Positions 26,118-39,817 of a stretch of 64,000 bases of DNA are shown one piece after another; positions within the stretch are counted from its first letter, which is position 1; each line of letters starts with the position of its first letter. The DNA comes from Balanoglossus misakiensis (lineage: Eukaryota; Animalia; Hemichordata), in assembly GCA_040954595.2 (NCBI GenBank), contig CM082585.2, positions 4,489,358-4,553,357 on the forward strand, read 5' to 3'. The notes beneath the pieces were generated by a model that did not search any database, was not told the DNA's origin, and saw only the letters and a program-made list of their open reading frames with translations. Made by a program: the position numbers and the translations under genes.

Positions 26118-29100
26118 AGACCCTATTCATGCAATGTGGGAAAACATTGACGCGAACTGGACATCTAAAGGAACACGGCACCAAACAAAAGAATGACCAT
26201 ATTCATGCATTAAATGTGGTAAAACTTTTACTCAGAGGGGCGGTCTGCAGGAAGATACAAGGATCCATACAAATCTAAGACCTTATCCTTGCAGAGAATG
26301 TGAGAAAAACATTCAGAGTTTCAATCTAAAGAAACACAGAATGATCCATACAATTGAAAGTCTGTATTCATGCAATGAGTGTAGGAAAACATTCAATCAA
26401 ATAGCCATCTAAAGGAACATACTAATGAAAGACCATATTCTTGAAATGCATGTGGGAAGACATTTATATCAAGAGGCCATTTCCAACAACACATGAAAAT
26501 ATATATAAGGTTCCGGAAGAAGAAATTCAATTTCACTGTAAGAGTCTTTGAATCAAAAGTGTTCTGGTAATTATAAAACTCAGAATCCCTTTAAAGCGGG
26601 CAGCTCGTCTCACGCGCATGCGCGTAACTTCCCAGCAAATTTTCCGTTCGATGCATTCAAATAGTTGACTGCCTCCGCTTCCTTCATTCGCACCGTGTTA
26701 GTAGATTCTGGTTTTGTCCCTCCTTTTCACCCAAGCTAGTGTTTTTTCCCGATCTCCAACACAGATTATGGTCGCCGCCATCTTGTGTGAGCACTGCCTC
26801 ATTGGATTGACTGTTCACTAAAGGTCTGTAACCAGCGGCTACAGTTGGAACATGCGTGTGAGACGAGCTACACGCTTTAAACTAAGCATATATTTATAAT
26901 ATATTATATCAGAAAGCTTAGATATAGAGGGGAACATTTTGGTTACTTCAGTGTGACAAGCAATATAAATAACCTTCCTGAAACTAGATATCGAATTTGA
27001 ATTTGTGTGAATGCAAGCTGTACTAACTGTAATACAAAGTGTGCCTGGGATGTTTTTCAGCCCCTTCTGAGTTGTAAATTAACCCTGGTCTATCAATTTG
27101 CTCCCACCAAAATCTAGAACTAAGATAAAAAATACTGTATTCTTGTGTCAATCGCTGGGGCAAATTTCAATAGCCAGGGTTGAAAACTGAACTCTCCAGG
27201 TGCTGCCAAAGACAGTGACACTCTTCATCACACTTCGTTACTCGAAGTTACTTTGTTTACTTTGTTACTTCGTTACATTGTTTTGGGTATTTCCACCAAA
27301 GATTGTTGATTAGAGACAGAAAATGTGTGATTTTGGCTTGAATATATTCAATTTGACTTTGTAGTATTCACTATTGGTAAGGATATCATCCATAATGAGT
27401 AGGATATGGCTTAAAGGGACTCTCTCTTGCTGCCCCTTTTACATTAATTATGTTTGATACAAGATACCGTTTATGTTATTCTACATGTGGATGTATAGTG
27501 AATCAACTTTCTTCCACAAACAACTTCCATCCTGTTTGTAGGATATGAGAGTAAAAATCTCACCAAAGTGAATAAGGGTAAACACCGATTATTCATTTTG
27601 GCGAGTTTTTTCACTCTCATGTCTCCAAGTGGGATAGAAGTTGTGTGTGGTTGAACGTTGATTCACTATATATCCACATGTAGAATAACATATATGGTGT
27701 CTTGTATCAAACATAATTAATAGAAACAAGGACAATGAAAGAGAGATTTTGTCCCTTTAAGTCTTTAGATTGTACACCAGAAATGTATATGAATTCCATT
27801 TCTACCAAGTGAATTGGGATGTTTATTGTTATCTCATTAACAGTTGAAACGAATGTGTATTTGGCCAGGGCTGAACTACTGGCAGAAGAATTGTTAACTG
27901 TTCACTGTTTTTGATCAATTCTTACAAGTGTATTTTTGTGTTTTTGTTGTCAGACCAATAATCAGTCAAAACTTGTTGAATTTTTGGAGTTAGCTTCCTG
28001 CCTCCTTCAATTTTTTTTTTAATCTGTAGTTCTGTATGAAAAAGATTTTGATTGATGTAGGCCCATAAGGAACCCAATTCATCCAAAACATAGACATGTT
28101 TACGACTACACTTTAATTGTTTGTATTCTGATCTTTACGAGTGTCATTGTGTGGTTTTTTGTTGGTCAATAAACAACTGAAACTGTCCAAATTTTGGAAT
28201 GACCTTTGATCCAATTCTCTCACTACAACATTCTATATACAGACTTTAAAAACTAAAAATGATTAGGAATGGGATACATGAACATTTTTGAGGGTCAAAA
28301 TCTCGCCCTCTGAGATATAAATGCCTTTAAAATATTGGACAGATATACCAGTACCAAATTCCATCGAGAATCTTGAAAACAAGTGAATACTGAATACACG
28401 TGGAAAGTCTGACTTCGCTAGTGCTGAGACACATTTTGAAACCATCGTTTTTAATATTGTTTCAATGCTTGCAGTTGAGTTTGAAGTTTACTGGTGCGGG
28501 CGGAGACGAAGTTGTTGTCCGTTTAAGAGAAGTTGACCAGCCCAGCTGTCACGTACATGTCCCTGCAACGAAAACCCCTCTCAGTTCCTTTCCGCCAGGT
28601 GGCGCCATTCTTGACCTGATGACCTTTGACACTTCTTAAAATGGCGGAAACTAACATGCTGCAGACTACATTGTGGCCGTGGACAACTGGAAACCGAATG
28701 GACGCCACACCAATTTGCAACCGCTTGACAAGTGCTGGTATGTATCTTTGTCCACATCTGTTCCTGCTGAGTTCGAAAGATAATGGTTTGCAGTAATTCG
28801 GTGACATTCGATCACTTTTTCGATAGTTCAATTAGTTGCTGCTGTTCCGTAGCTCTACCACTCCCCCCCCCCCCCCCCACAAAGAAACAACCTACAGCAT
28901 CGCCGATCGTGAAAGAACACTTATAATTATTGTGACAAAAAAGCTATAGATCTCCCAACATCATATGCAATTTGGAGAACATTTGGATTTGGTGTAATGT
29001 TTGTACATACCAAATTACGCACATGTATATAAGCTTAAGACGATTATCAAGCTTAAACTTCATCCTCCATAGACGTATCATTATTATAACTGTTATTTAA

Positions 29101-29748
29101 GCAATAACATTTATTGCTTAAATATTCAACAAATGAATTTTGAAGGTTCTTTCTTGGGTGTTACAATGTATGTCCTAAACCAGTGTGTGTGGCAAAAAAA
29201 CATGTAAACATAACATACCAACAGACAGAATGTGAACGAATGTTCATGCCTTATTTTTCCAGAATGTTCAGAGGTGTGCAGACTGTACAGAAATTCAAAT
29301 AAGTTACATGAACTTGGCAGGCTACTGGAAGCATTAAATAGCAAACTTAGGCATAAAGTTGAAGCTGGTGCTGAATCCTTTGATGGTAAGTAAGCATCAA
29401 GTCTTACTGTTACAATGGCAGTATATAGCTTAGACCTCCATGCTGGTACATGTCATTCATCAGGGGTACCGGTAGTTTCTATCCTGTTGTTTCTTGTCTC
29501 TGAAAAGAAAGGTGGTGCATACGAAATAATTCTTTCCAATAATTTAGCCAACAGAGAATAAGATTTTTCTTACAAAAAAACGGATGAAATATTGGCAGAA
29601 GTTGCATTTAAATCATGGGGGGAAAAAAAGCTTGTTGCTTTTTGTCGTGGGATATGGCATGGACACTTTTCATATGGGTCTGATGTTGTTAACAGTGTTG
29701 CGATGAATCTTGCTCTTCGAATATGTGTAAACCCAGCATGTCCTTATT

Positions 29749-30841
29749 CAATCTGATTAAAATCAGATGTAGGGAACGGCGATTTGGTTTTTTTTATGCT
29801 GTCGCCTCACACTACATCTGACCAACTCTCAATGGAGATCCTGCTGAAATCGCGCATTCCGACCCGGCCAATCAGATTGCGTGTTATGCCGACTAAAGAA
29901 TTGCACTGGGAGATGGGAGAAATTTTTTTGTTGACTTCGAGTATCGCACAGAATACGAAAGATTGGCTTTCTCTTGTGAACAATTACATGTAATCCCATG
30001 ATATCTTTCTTTGTTTGGCGTCATCGTATGCGAGTGGTTTTCGCAGAGCAGTGCAACGTCGAGCTGTAGCCATATACAAATGATGAACTGTCGTTGATCA
30101 TTTATAAGCTCTCCTAACAAGTCGTCATGTTCACCCTCGTAGTCATGCTGCCAGTCGGGAAAATTACGTACTTCATGTAAAAGTTTATAAAAAATAAACC
30201 AAATTTCACTGCCATGTATCCCAAAACAATTTATGTGACAGATTTTTAAAAAGAACGCTAACTTCGGCTAAGGAATGTCAAGTCATAGCTCCGCGTTCAG
30301 GTCTGTGTGTTCCCGACGCACCACAGCCCTGCATAAGGCCCCAAAGACAAAACTGGTGCGTCTGCGATCTGGACCCGGACGCCCGACCGCACCTTTTTCT
30401 GTCGAAATTCGATTTTATCGAAGCAAAATCCTTTCCCTGTCTACTTCAACCGACCCCAAATATGATGCAATTAACTTTTTCTAACGTCCGTGTAACGCCG
30501 TGAACACACAGACCTGCACGCAGAACTAGTCAAGTCAGTGCACTGTGCAGTCGGTCGGTACACTCTGGTGTATACAAACGATCGTGGCGACAGAATCTCT
30601 CCCTGGGACGGCCTTACACAAATGTAATCGATTCTCTAACAATTTTACGGCGACTTGTTGCCACGTCTTATACATTTCGTTGACCGGTGGAATATAGAGG
30701 TTCAGTCATCACGCTAAACTGGCTCGAAACCATTCCCCACGCTTCAGCGGGATCTCCATTGAGAGTTGGTCAGATGTAGTGTGAGGTGACAGCATAAAAA
30801 AAACAAGTCGCCGTTCCCTACATCTGATTTTAATCAGATTG
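29749..30841. mobile_element. 1093-bp non-autonomous TIR element (~100-bp TIRs, 9-bp TSD)
   Basis: CAATCTGATTAAAATCAGATGTAGGGAACGGCGA... with its complement at the right end. TSD GTCCTTATT/GTCCTCATT; empty site in copies A (~15773) and D. Confidence 0.85.
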
Positions 30842-30925
30842 GTCCTCATTCTGCACTAGGTCATTGATAATTTTGCCGTAACTGTATAGTGCATATCATA
30901 AACCTTCTTGTAAGTAGCTACTTTG

Positions 30926-33900
30926 AGTGAAAAAGCACATCAATTTAACTCTAAAAACAAGGATCACTCCTGTTACTTGTCTCTGCAAAGAAAGGTGGCG
31001 CATATGAAATAAATCTTTCCAACAATTCAGCCAACACTGGCAACAGAGAGTGAAAAAGCACATCAATTTAACTCTAAAAACAAGGATCACTCCTGTTACT
31101 TGTCTCTGCAAAGAAAGGTGGCGCATATGAAATAAATCTTTCCAACAATTCAGCCAACACTGGCAACAGAGAGTGAAAAAGCACATCAATTTAACTCTAA
31201 AAACAAGGATCACTCCTGTTACTTGTCTCTGCAAAGAAAGGTGGCGCATATGAAATAAATCTTTCCAACAATTCAGCCAACACTGGCAACAGAGAGTGAA
31301 AAAGCACATCAATTTAACTCTAAAAACAAGGATCACTCCTGTTACTTGTCTCTGCAAAGAAAGGTGGCGCATATGAAATAAATCTTTCCAACAATTCAGC
31401 CAACACTGGCAACAGAGAGTGAAAAAGCACATCAATTTAACTCTAAAACAAGGATCACTCCTGTTACTTGTCTCTGCAAAGAAAGGTGGCACATATGAAA
31501 TAAATCTTTCCAACAATTCAGCCAACACTGGCAACAGAGAGTGAAAAAGCACATCAATTTAACTCTAAAACAAGGATCACTCCTGTTACTTGTCTCTGCA
31601 AAGAAAGGTGGCGCATATGAAATAAATCTTTCCAACAATTCAGCCAACACTGGCAACAGAGAGTGAAAAAGCACATCAATTTAACTCTAAAACAAGGATC
31701 ACTCCTGTTACTTGTCTCTGCAAAGAAAGGTGGCGCATATGAAATAAATCTTTCCAACAATTCAGCCAACACTGGCAACAGAGAGTGAAAAAGCACATCA
31801 ATTTAACTCTAAAAACAAGGATCACTCCTGTTACTTATCTCTGCAAAGAAAGGTGGCACATATGAAATCAATCTTTCCAATAATTCAGCCAACACTGGCA
31901 ACAGAGAGTGAAAAAGCACATCAATTTAACTCTAAAAACAAGGATCACTCCTGTTACTTGTCTCTGCAAAGAAAGGTGGCGCATATTAAATCAATCTTTC
32001 CAACAATTTAGCCAACACTGGCAACAGAGAGTGAAAAAGCACATCAATTTAACTCTAAAAACAAGGATCACTCCTGTTACTTGTCTCTGCAAAGAAAGGT
32101 GGCGCATATGAAATAAATCTTTCCAACAATTCAGCCAACACTGGCAACAGAGAGTGAAAAAGCACATCAATTTAACTCTAAAAACAAGGATCACTCCTGT
32201 TACTTGTCTCTGCAAAGAAAGGTGGCGCATATGAAATAAATCTTTCCAATAATTCAGCCAACACTGGCAACAGAGAGTGAAAAAGCACATCAATTTAAAG
32301 TGGAACGACACCCTCAATTTTGGGCTTCAAAGTACAAACCGGGTGTCAAAAACGGCAACGTTCCGATGGGTTAATTCACTTTCACTTCCTGCGCAAGCAG
32401 AAGACGCGCGTTGAAAATACTACAGTGACGTCAGCAACTTACACGTTCGACGTGTCATTTCCAATAAACAGACACATTTTGCGCGGATCTGACATGGCGA
32501 AATGTCAAGTTCATGATTTTAAAAACATATTCGGAAAATCGACGGGGATAAGTTTCTTTCAAAGGCAATGCTCTTCGTGTATTGTATTTGTCGATGCGTG
32601 CAGACATAGACCCTGCAATGTCCATGATGCCATGCATGTCGACGTTTATGAACAAACCGTAAGGCCTATACAAAGTTGTTCTAACTGCCGCTGATAATAA
32701 TAAACGTACCGTTTTAAATCCTTCCTGCACGTTTTTTGGTACACGTATTTGGGTTTAATTTCCATTTATTGATGATCGCATAGTTATCAAATGAAAGCAA
32801 CTAAAAAGGGCAGTTTTAATACATTTCAAGAGACGAAACATGCATACAATAACTATAGTATTGGCTTCCATTATACTACGGACGTACTACACCTGGAGAG
32901 CAGGACGATGCACCTGCGTTCTTTTCAACTCCATAAAAGGTGACTAAGTATTTTTGTAAGAAAAGTGGTTCGAAAAGGTGACAACGAGGGAGAGACAACG
33001 AGGGAGGGTATTGTTTAATTGCAGCATTGTCTGTTTCACCATAGACTCTAGGGTCTATGGTTTCACTGAAACCACACCAAGTGTAAGCCTTGACAAACGG
33101 GACACATCGGAGATCAGAACTGCATGAACTTTTGTCCTCAGTCCTCAGTCGCTTGGTCGTAGAAGGGAATCTCTGGTTCAAAATTGTAGCCTACTACCCG
33201 AGAATATGTTGCCATGCTAACGTCGTCGGTCGCGTGAGTGCAGGCGTGTATAAGCATAAGCTCGCTCCAACGAGTTGCTGACGTCACTCACTTCCGGGTT
33301 CGCGCAGTTTTTGGCTGGCTGTGGCTCTGTTATGCGTAAGTGAAAGTGAATGAAACCAACGTTTTTCATAGTACTTTTTAATCGCATTTCGCAGAATTGG
33401 CTCAAAAACGGATCACAACGTTCCACTTTAACTCTAAAACAAGGATCACTCCTGTTACTTGTCTCTGCAAAGAAAGGTGGCGCATATGAAATCAATCTTT
33501 CCAATAATTCAGCCAACACTGGCAACAGAGAGTGAAAAAGCACATCAATTTAACTCTAAAACAAGCATCACTCCTGTTACTTGTCTCTGCAAAGAAAGGT
33601 GGCGCATATGAAATCAATCTTTCCAATAATTCAGCCAACACTGGCAACAGAGAGTGAAAAAGCACATCAATTTAACTCTAAAACAAGGATCACTCCTGTT
33701 ACTTGTCTCTGCAAAGAAAGGTGGCGCATATGAAATCAATCTTTCCAATAATTCAGCCAACACTGGCAACAGAGAGTGAAAAAGCACATCAATTTAACTC
33801 TAAAACAAGGATCACTCCTGTTACTTGTCTCTGCAAAGAAAGGTGGCGCATATGAAATCAATCTTTCCAATAATTCAGCCAACACTGGCAACAGAGAGTG

Positions 33901-34794
33901 AAAAAGCACATCAATTTAACTCTAAAACAAGGATCACTCCTGTTACTTGTCTCTGCAAAGAAAGGTGGCGCATATGAAATCAATCTTTCCAATAATTCAG
34001 CCAACACTGGCAACAGAGAGTGAAAAAGCACATCAATTTAACTCTAAAACAAGGATCACTCCTGTTACTTGTCTCTGCAAAGAAAGGTGGCGCATATGAA
34101 ATCAATCTTTCCAATAATTCAGCCAACACTGGCAACAGAGAGTGAAAAAGCACATCAATTTAACTCTAAAACAAGGATCACTCCTGTTACTTGTCTCTGC
34201 AAAGAAAGGTGGCGCATATGAAATCAATCTTTCCAATAATTCAGCCAACACTGGCAACAGAGAGTGAAAAAGCACATCAATTTAACTCTAAAACAAGGAT
34301 CACTCCTGTTACTTGTCTCTGCAAAGAAAGGTGGCGCATATGAAATCAATCTTTCCAACAATTCAGCCAACACTGGCAACAGAGAGTGAAAAAGCACACC
34401 AATTTAACTCTAAAACAAGGATCACTCCTGTTACTTGTCTCTGCAAAGAAAGGTGGCACATATGAAATCAATCTTTCCAACAATTCAGCCAACACTGGCA
34501 ACAGAGAGTGAAAAAGCACATCAATTTAACTCTAAAACAAGGATCACTCCTGTTACTTGTCTCTGCAAAGAAAGGTGGCGCATATGAAATCAATCTTTCC
34601 AATAATTCAGCCAACACTGGCAACAGAGAGTGAAAAAGCACATCAATTTAACTCTAAAAACAAGGATCACTCCTGTTACTTGTCTCTGCAAAGAAAGGTG
34701 GCACATATGAAATCAATCTTTCCAATAATTCAGCCAACACTGGCAACAGAGAGTGAAAAAGCACATCAATTTATCTCTAAAATAAGGATCACTC
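30926..34794. repeat. 122/123-bp satellite, ~22 monomers, in intron 2 of copy C, split by a transposon
   Basis: Monomer GAGTGAAAAAGCACATCAATTTAACTCTAAAA(A)CAAGGATCACTCCTGTTACTTGTCTCTGCAAAGAAAGG...CACTGGCAACAGA. About 11 copies lie on each side of the 32299-33427 insertion; there are no unique spacers. Confidence 0.97.
32299..33427. mobile_element. 1129-bp non-autonomous element with TTAA TSD (Kolobok-like)
   Basis: TTAA|AGTGGAACG...CGTTCCACT|TTAA inserted at the TTAA of one satellite monomer, which resumes exactly after it. Confidence 0.85.
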
Positions 34795-37140
34795 AATTTG
34801 GTTTACTTAGGAAAACCCTTATGAAATCATTTATTTTTTTCTATTTTCTTGATTTTCTAGAGTACAGGTCGTATTTATATTTACGCATACAACATGGAGA
34901 AAACTAAAAAATTGACGTTTGTCCAAACACATACTTGAATAAAAATGTAGGTCAATTTACAGATGTTGCGGAAAAATACATACCCAAAGACTAAAAAGCA
35001 ACAGAGACCACTTCACATCAAATCACTAGTTGCCACTGAGCCCAACATTTGTAGTGGCAGTACCAAATCAAAATCACATTTCTCCTATATATCCAAATGT
35101 AACGTAAAATAAATGACCATGATTACTACTGCTAACATGCATGCATGTCATTTTGTGTACACACTGATGTTATACATTTGGATTTTTTCCCCTTTGAGAC
35201 AATTTTCCTAACCTTTCCAGATGTTTGTTTCCATCCAACAGATGTGTCCCTGATAATCCACACCCTGGCACACTATGGCCATATTGAATTGAAACTTCTG
35301 GATGATGTCATCAGTGGACATCTAAAGAAACACATGAGGATCCAAACAAAGTAAAGACCATATTCATGCAATAAATGTGGTAAAACTTTTACTCAGAGGG
35401 GCGGTCTGCAGGAAGATACAAGGATCCATACAAATCTAAGACCTTATCCTTGCAGAGAATGTGAGAAAAACATTCAGAGTTTCAATCTAAAGAAACAGAA
35501 TGATCCATACAATTGAAAGTCTGTATTCATGCAATGAATGTAGGAAAACATTCAATCAAATAGCCATCTAAAGGAACATACAAATGAAAGACCATATTCA
35601 TGAAATGCATGTGGGAAGACATTTACATCAGGAGGCCATTTCCAACAACACATGAAATTAAAGCTGCAAGCAGCGTTGGCGGGGCACAAGCGGTTCCCAT
35701 GGTAACCAGCAAATGCCAAGGCTGTATCTGCTGTGGATACCAAGATATGGGAAAGTAGGGCAAAGGTCACCTGAGGTCACCCCAAATTTGGGCAAAAAAA
35801 ATCGGACCCCATACTAGTCTAGGTCCAACAAAAACCAGACCCCTAGCTCCATTGGTTCGCCTAGAATTAGGTATGTGCATAATTAATGAGGTCTTGTGTA
35901 AGACTCCATTATGTGCTCCACTGGCTGCCCAAAAGCCAGGACTCTAACTGCTGCGGATGCTGAGATATGGGAAAGTAGATCAAAGGTCATCCAAGGTCAT
36001 CCAAAATTTGGGTATAAAATTTTGAGCCCAGAGTGGGCCATGTCCAACTAAAACCAGACCTCTAGCCCTATTGGTTAGCCTGGAATTAGATATGCAGAAA
36101 AATGATGTTTCAGAAATAGGTCAAGGGTCATTGCCATGGGAAAGTAGATCAAAGGTCATCCAAGGTCACCCAAAATTTGGGCATAAAATTTTGACCCCAG
36201 AGTGGGCCATGTCCAACTAAAACCAGACCTCTAGCCCTATTGGTTAGCCTGGAATTAGATATGCAGAAAAATGATGTTTCAGAAATAGGTCAAGGGTCAT
36301 TGCCAAAATTACCAAAAGATTTGTGTCATGTCCTGGCAGCATTGGTACCCATGTCCACAAAATTCATGACTGTGGTGCTTTGACAAGAGGAGGTATGGGG
36401 AATACGCATATATAATTAGTTGTTTTAAAACTGGGTCAAAGGTCATGTGCAAATTGCCCCGAAAAATTGTAACAACTTCCGGTCATATGACGACTCATAT
36501 CCAAAAAAAGAATGTCCGTGCTGTCAACATTTTGGCTACAAAACGGAATTTTCACTTTTCAATGGTTTTCCGAAAATCCAACATGGCCGCCATAATGATC
36601 GACCAATCACAGTGCGCTTCGCAAACTTGATAGACATAGGTTAGGTGACCACATCCCCCGAATCCCGTGACTCGGCAATCGCTGGTTCTGGAGAAGAAGA
36701 TTTTTAAAGTTTTAAGCAGTTTTTCAGAAAAACAATTGTAGCAAAAAAACTTTATGTGTGACGTCATGATTTCAATGGGGTAAAATGATGGACAGAAGAT
36801 AGGCTACCTGCACACCAAATTTAAACTCGATCAGCCCAGTGGTTTTTGAGAAGGACTCGTTTAACGATTTTCAGGAAATCCAATATGGCCGCCAGGTCAC
36901 GTGACTAATTAAATATTCATGAGCCACTGCACGTCTACTCATTGGCCCCTATCACCCTACCAAGTTTCAGGCCCCTAGGTGCTGCCGTTTTCCAGATCTA
37001 CCTGGCCGAATTTTGGAGAAGAAGAAGAAGAATAAGAAGAATTAAAGCTGCAAGCAGCATTGTCCGGGCCCAAGCTCTATTATCTGATCTGATTTTTAGA
37101 TATGCACATAATTAATGAGTAGAAACATAATGCTTACATA

Positions 37141-38037
37141 TAATCCCATGATATCTTTCTTTGTTTGACGTCATCGCATACGAGTGGTTTTCGCGGAGCA
37201 GTGCAACTTCGAGCCGCAGGCGAGAAGTTGTACGCTTCCGCGAAAACCACGAGTATACGATGACGTTAAACAAAGAAAGATATCATGGGATTATATATTT
37301 ATCACATGAACAGTCTTCTTATTTTTCGTTAGAAGAGGCAGGACTAAAACAATTCAGTACCTTGCAACAATTTTGGAGCGGTGTCGTATTTTACTGAGCG
37401 GGATTATGTCCCCCAGGAGATATATGTTGGGAGATTTTATGAATGATCAGCGATAGTTCATCATTTGCATATACGCAAATGGTGAACTATCGCTGATCAT
37501 TCATAAAATCTCCCAACAAGTCGTCCCGTTGAGTGCCGTTCGCTCGAAGTTCGGCCTTACACAAATGTTATCGATTCTCTAACAATTTTACTGCAACCTG
37601 TTGCCACGTCTTATACATTTCGTTGACCGGTGCAATAGAGAGGTTCAGTCGTCACGCTGAACTGGCTCGAAACAATTCCCCACGCTGATTCGACTCGGAA
37701 CGTACCGGACTTGCGCCTAGCCTAGGCTATGTACACCTGACCCAAAACTTTGACAGCCACGATCGTCCATGATCGTTGCGTCGACTGTCTTCTTTCCAAA
37801 TTCCACCTTTCTGTTTTGAGCTTACAAAGCGTTATTGTCATGGAACCGTAATTTTTTTATTTCATTTCTGTATTGTAAATGCCGCGCGCTACACATACTG
37901 TTTCTGTTTGACAACAGAGCTACGGCGAATCGGTGGAAATAGTTCCGGTTGATGACGTAACACAGGGGTGATCAGGATTTTTGATCTGTCCTGGTCTACG
38001 TCACACAGGTGGTGATCAGGGCCAGTTCATGTGATAA
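37141..38037. mobile_element. Cluster of palindromic MITEs inserted near the left end of the Helentron
   Basis: Fold-back at 37141-37293 (TAATCCCATGATATC...GATATCATGGGATTA); TIR pair TTATCACATGAAC (37299) / GTTCATGTGATAA (38037); internal hairpin at 37425-37518. Absent from the equivalent position of the inner HINE. Confidence 0.7.
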
Positions 38038-39625
38038 TGTGTTTTATCCCATGAAATATCAAGATTATATCTATGTTTAGTGCTGATATAGTGTTAAGTA
38101 GGTCAAAGGTCACCCAGAGGTCACCCACAGTTTGGGCAGAAAATTTTGACCCATAGTGGTCCATGTCCATCAAAACCTCTAGGCCTTTTGGTTAGCCCAG
38201 AATTAGGTATGCACATAAATAATGAGTTAAGCAGGTGTCACAGGTGACCCAAAACTTTGGCTTTTCATTATGGCCCCATACCTCCAAATGGCAAGGCTGT
38301 ATCTGCTGTGGATGTCGACATATGCAAAAGTAACTCAAAGGTCACCCAAGGTCACCCAACATTTGGGCAAAAAATTTTGACCCAATACTGGTCCATATCC
38401 AACAAAAACCAAACCTCTAGGTCTATCGGTTCATCTGTAATTAGGTATGCGCATATTTAATGAGGTCAGCAGAGGTCAAAGGGGTCATGAAAAGTAGCGA
38501 AATTTTTTTATATCATACAAATCCACATACATCAAAAACCAAAACCATAGCCCTATAGGTTAGCCTGGAATTAGATATGCAGAAAAAAACGATGTGTCAA
38601 AAGTAGGTCAAAGGTCATTGCCAAAATTACCAAAATATTTGGGGTAGGTCCTGGCAGGGGCGATACCAATGTGCACAAAAATCAGAACTCTGGTACATTT
38701 AGAACAGGTAGTATGAGCTATATATGCATCCCTATAGGTTAGCCTGGAAATAGATATGCAGAAATAATAATCTGTGAAAAGTAGGTCAAAGGTCATGTGA
38801 AAAATCGCCAAAAATTTGTAACATATTTAGTCATATGACGATTGATATCCATAAAAAGAATTTGCATGCTATCAATTTCTAGACTAGAAAAAGGAATTTC
38901 AATTTTTCACTGCTTTTTACAAAATCCAATATGGCCGCCATATTTTTCGACCAATCACAATGCTCTTTGCATACTTGATAGACATCAGTGTAGTGACCAT
39001 ACTCCCCGAATCTTGCGACTCAGTTATCGCTGGTTCTGGAGAAGATTGTTGGAGTTTTACTATGGTTTTTCGAAAATCCAATATGGCCGCCATAATCTTC
39101 GACCAATGACAATGTTCTTGGCAAACTTAGTAAAAATTGTGGCAAAAAAACTGGAATATGGACAGCATAATGTCCAATTACAAAAATGATGGGCAGAAGG
39201 TAGGCTACAAAATATTGTGATTACACACTAATCCACATGCATCATTACACATGCAGTAGTTGAGGGTGAAATACAAAGTTAGAATGGACACATTATTAGT
39301 GATTGGTTAATTAGTCACTAGTGATGTGTGGATTGGTTGTAAATAGTTGAAAATTTTCATCTCAATCAGTGAAAGTTTTGACAGAGGTATTTGTTTGGCT
39401 ATAAACATATCTTTATTTAAGTGAACAGATCTGTACATTACATTTGTTAACTGTGAAGAGGATGCAACAGGTATAGATATACCAATATATTGAGCTGTAT
39501 AAACGGAGTGTTAACCCAACACGTCTATGGGGTATGAATCTGAAAGCAACTTCATCCTACGCACTTGAATCCGAAAACGAATCTGACTCCAGCAGAGGCG
39601 TTGACCTGAATCCGGTGAGTAACAC

Positions 39626-39817
39626 GTATAGGGCAGGTTTGTCTTAACCGCCATCTTGGAAACAAGGTGCGTTGTGGGATAGAATTGGAAGGTTTTGGAG
39701 GGATAATTGGAGGGTTCATTATGCACATGTGCATAATTACCCCTCCAAAACCCTCCAATTCTATCCCACAACGCACCTTGTTTCCAAGATGGCGGTTAAG
39801 ACAAACCTGCCCTATAC
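39626..39817. repeat. ~190-bp near-perfect palindrome (MITE-like)
   Basis: GTATAGGGCAGGTTTGTCTTAACCGCCATCTTGGAAACAAGGTGCG... mirrored by ...CGCACCTTGTTTCCAAGATGGCGGTTAAGACAAACCTGCCCTATAC. Confidence 0.9.

Larger units (their letters stand above)
28641..35655 (+). pseudogene. C2H2 zinc-finger gene copy C, fingers deleted
   Basis: Exon 1 is 28641-28737 and exon 2 is 29263-29385. Exon 3 from 35242 stops at 35354 with no complete finger. Degenerate fingers run to ~35655, where the Helentron complex is inserted. Confidence 0.8.

Noticed and set aside
30926-34794. CRISPR-like array
   Set aside because: Monomers repeat head-to-tail with no unique spacers, there are no cas genes, and the context is a eukaryotic intron.
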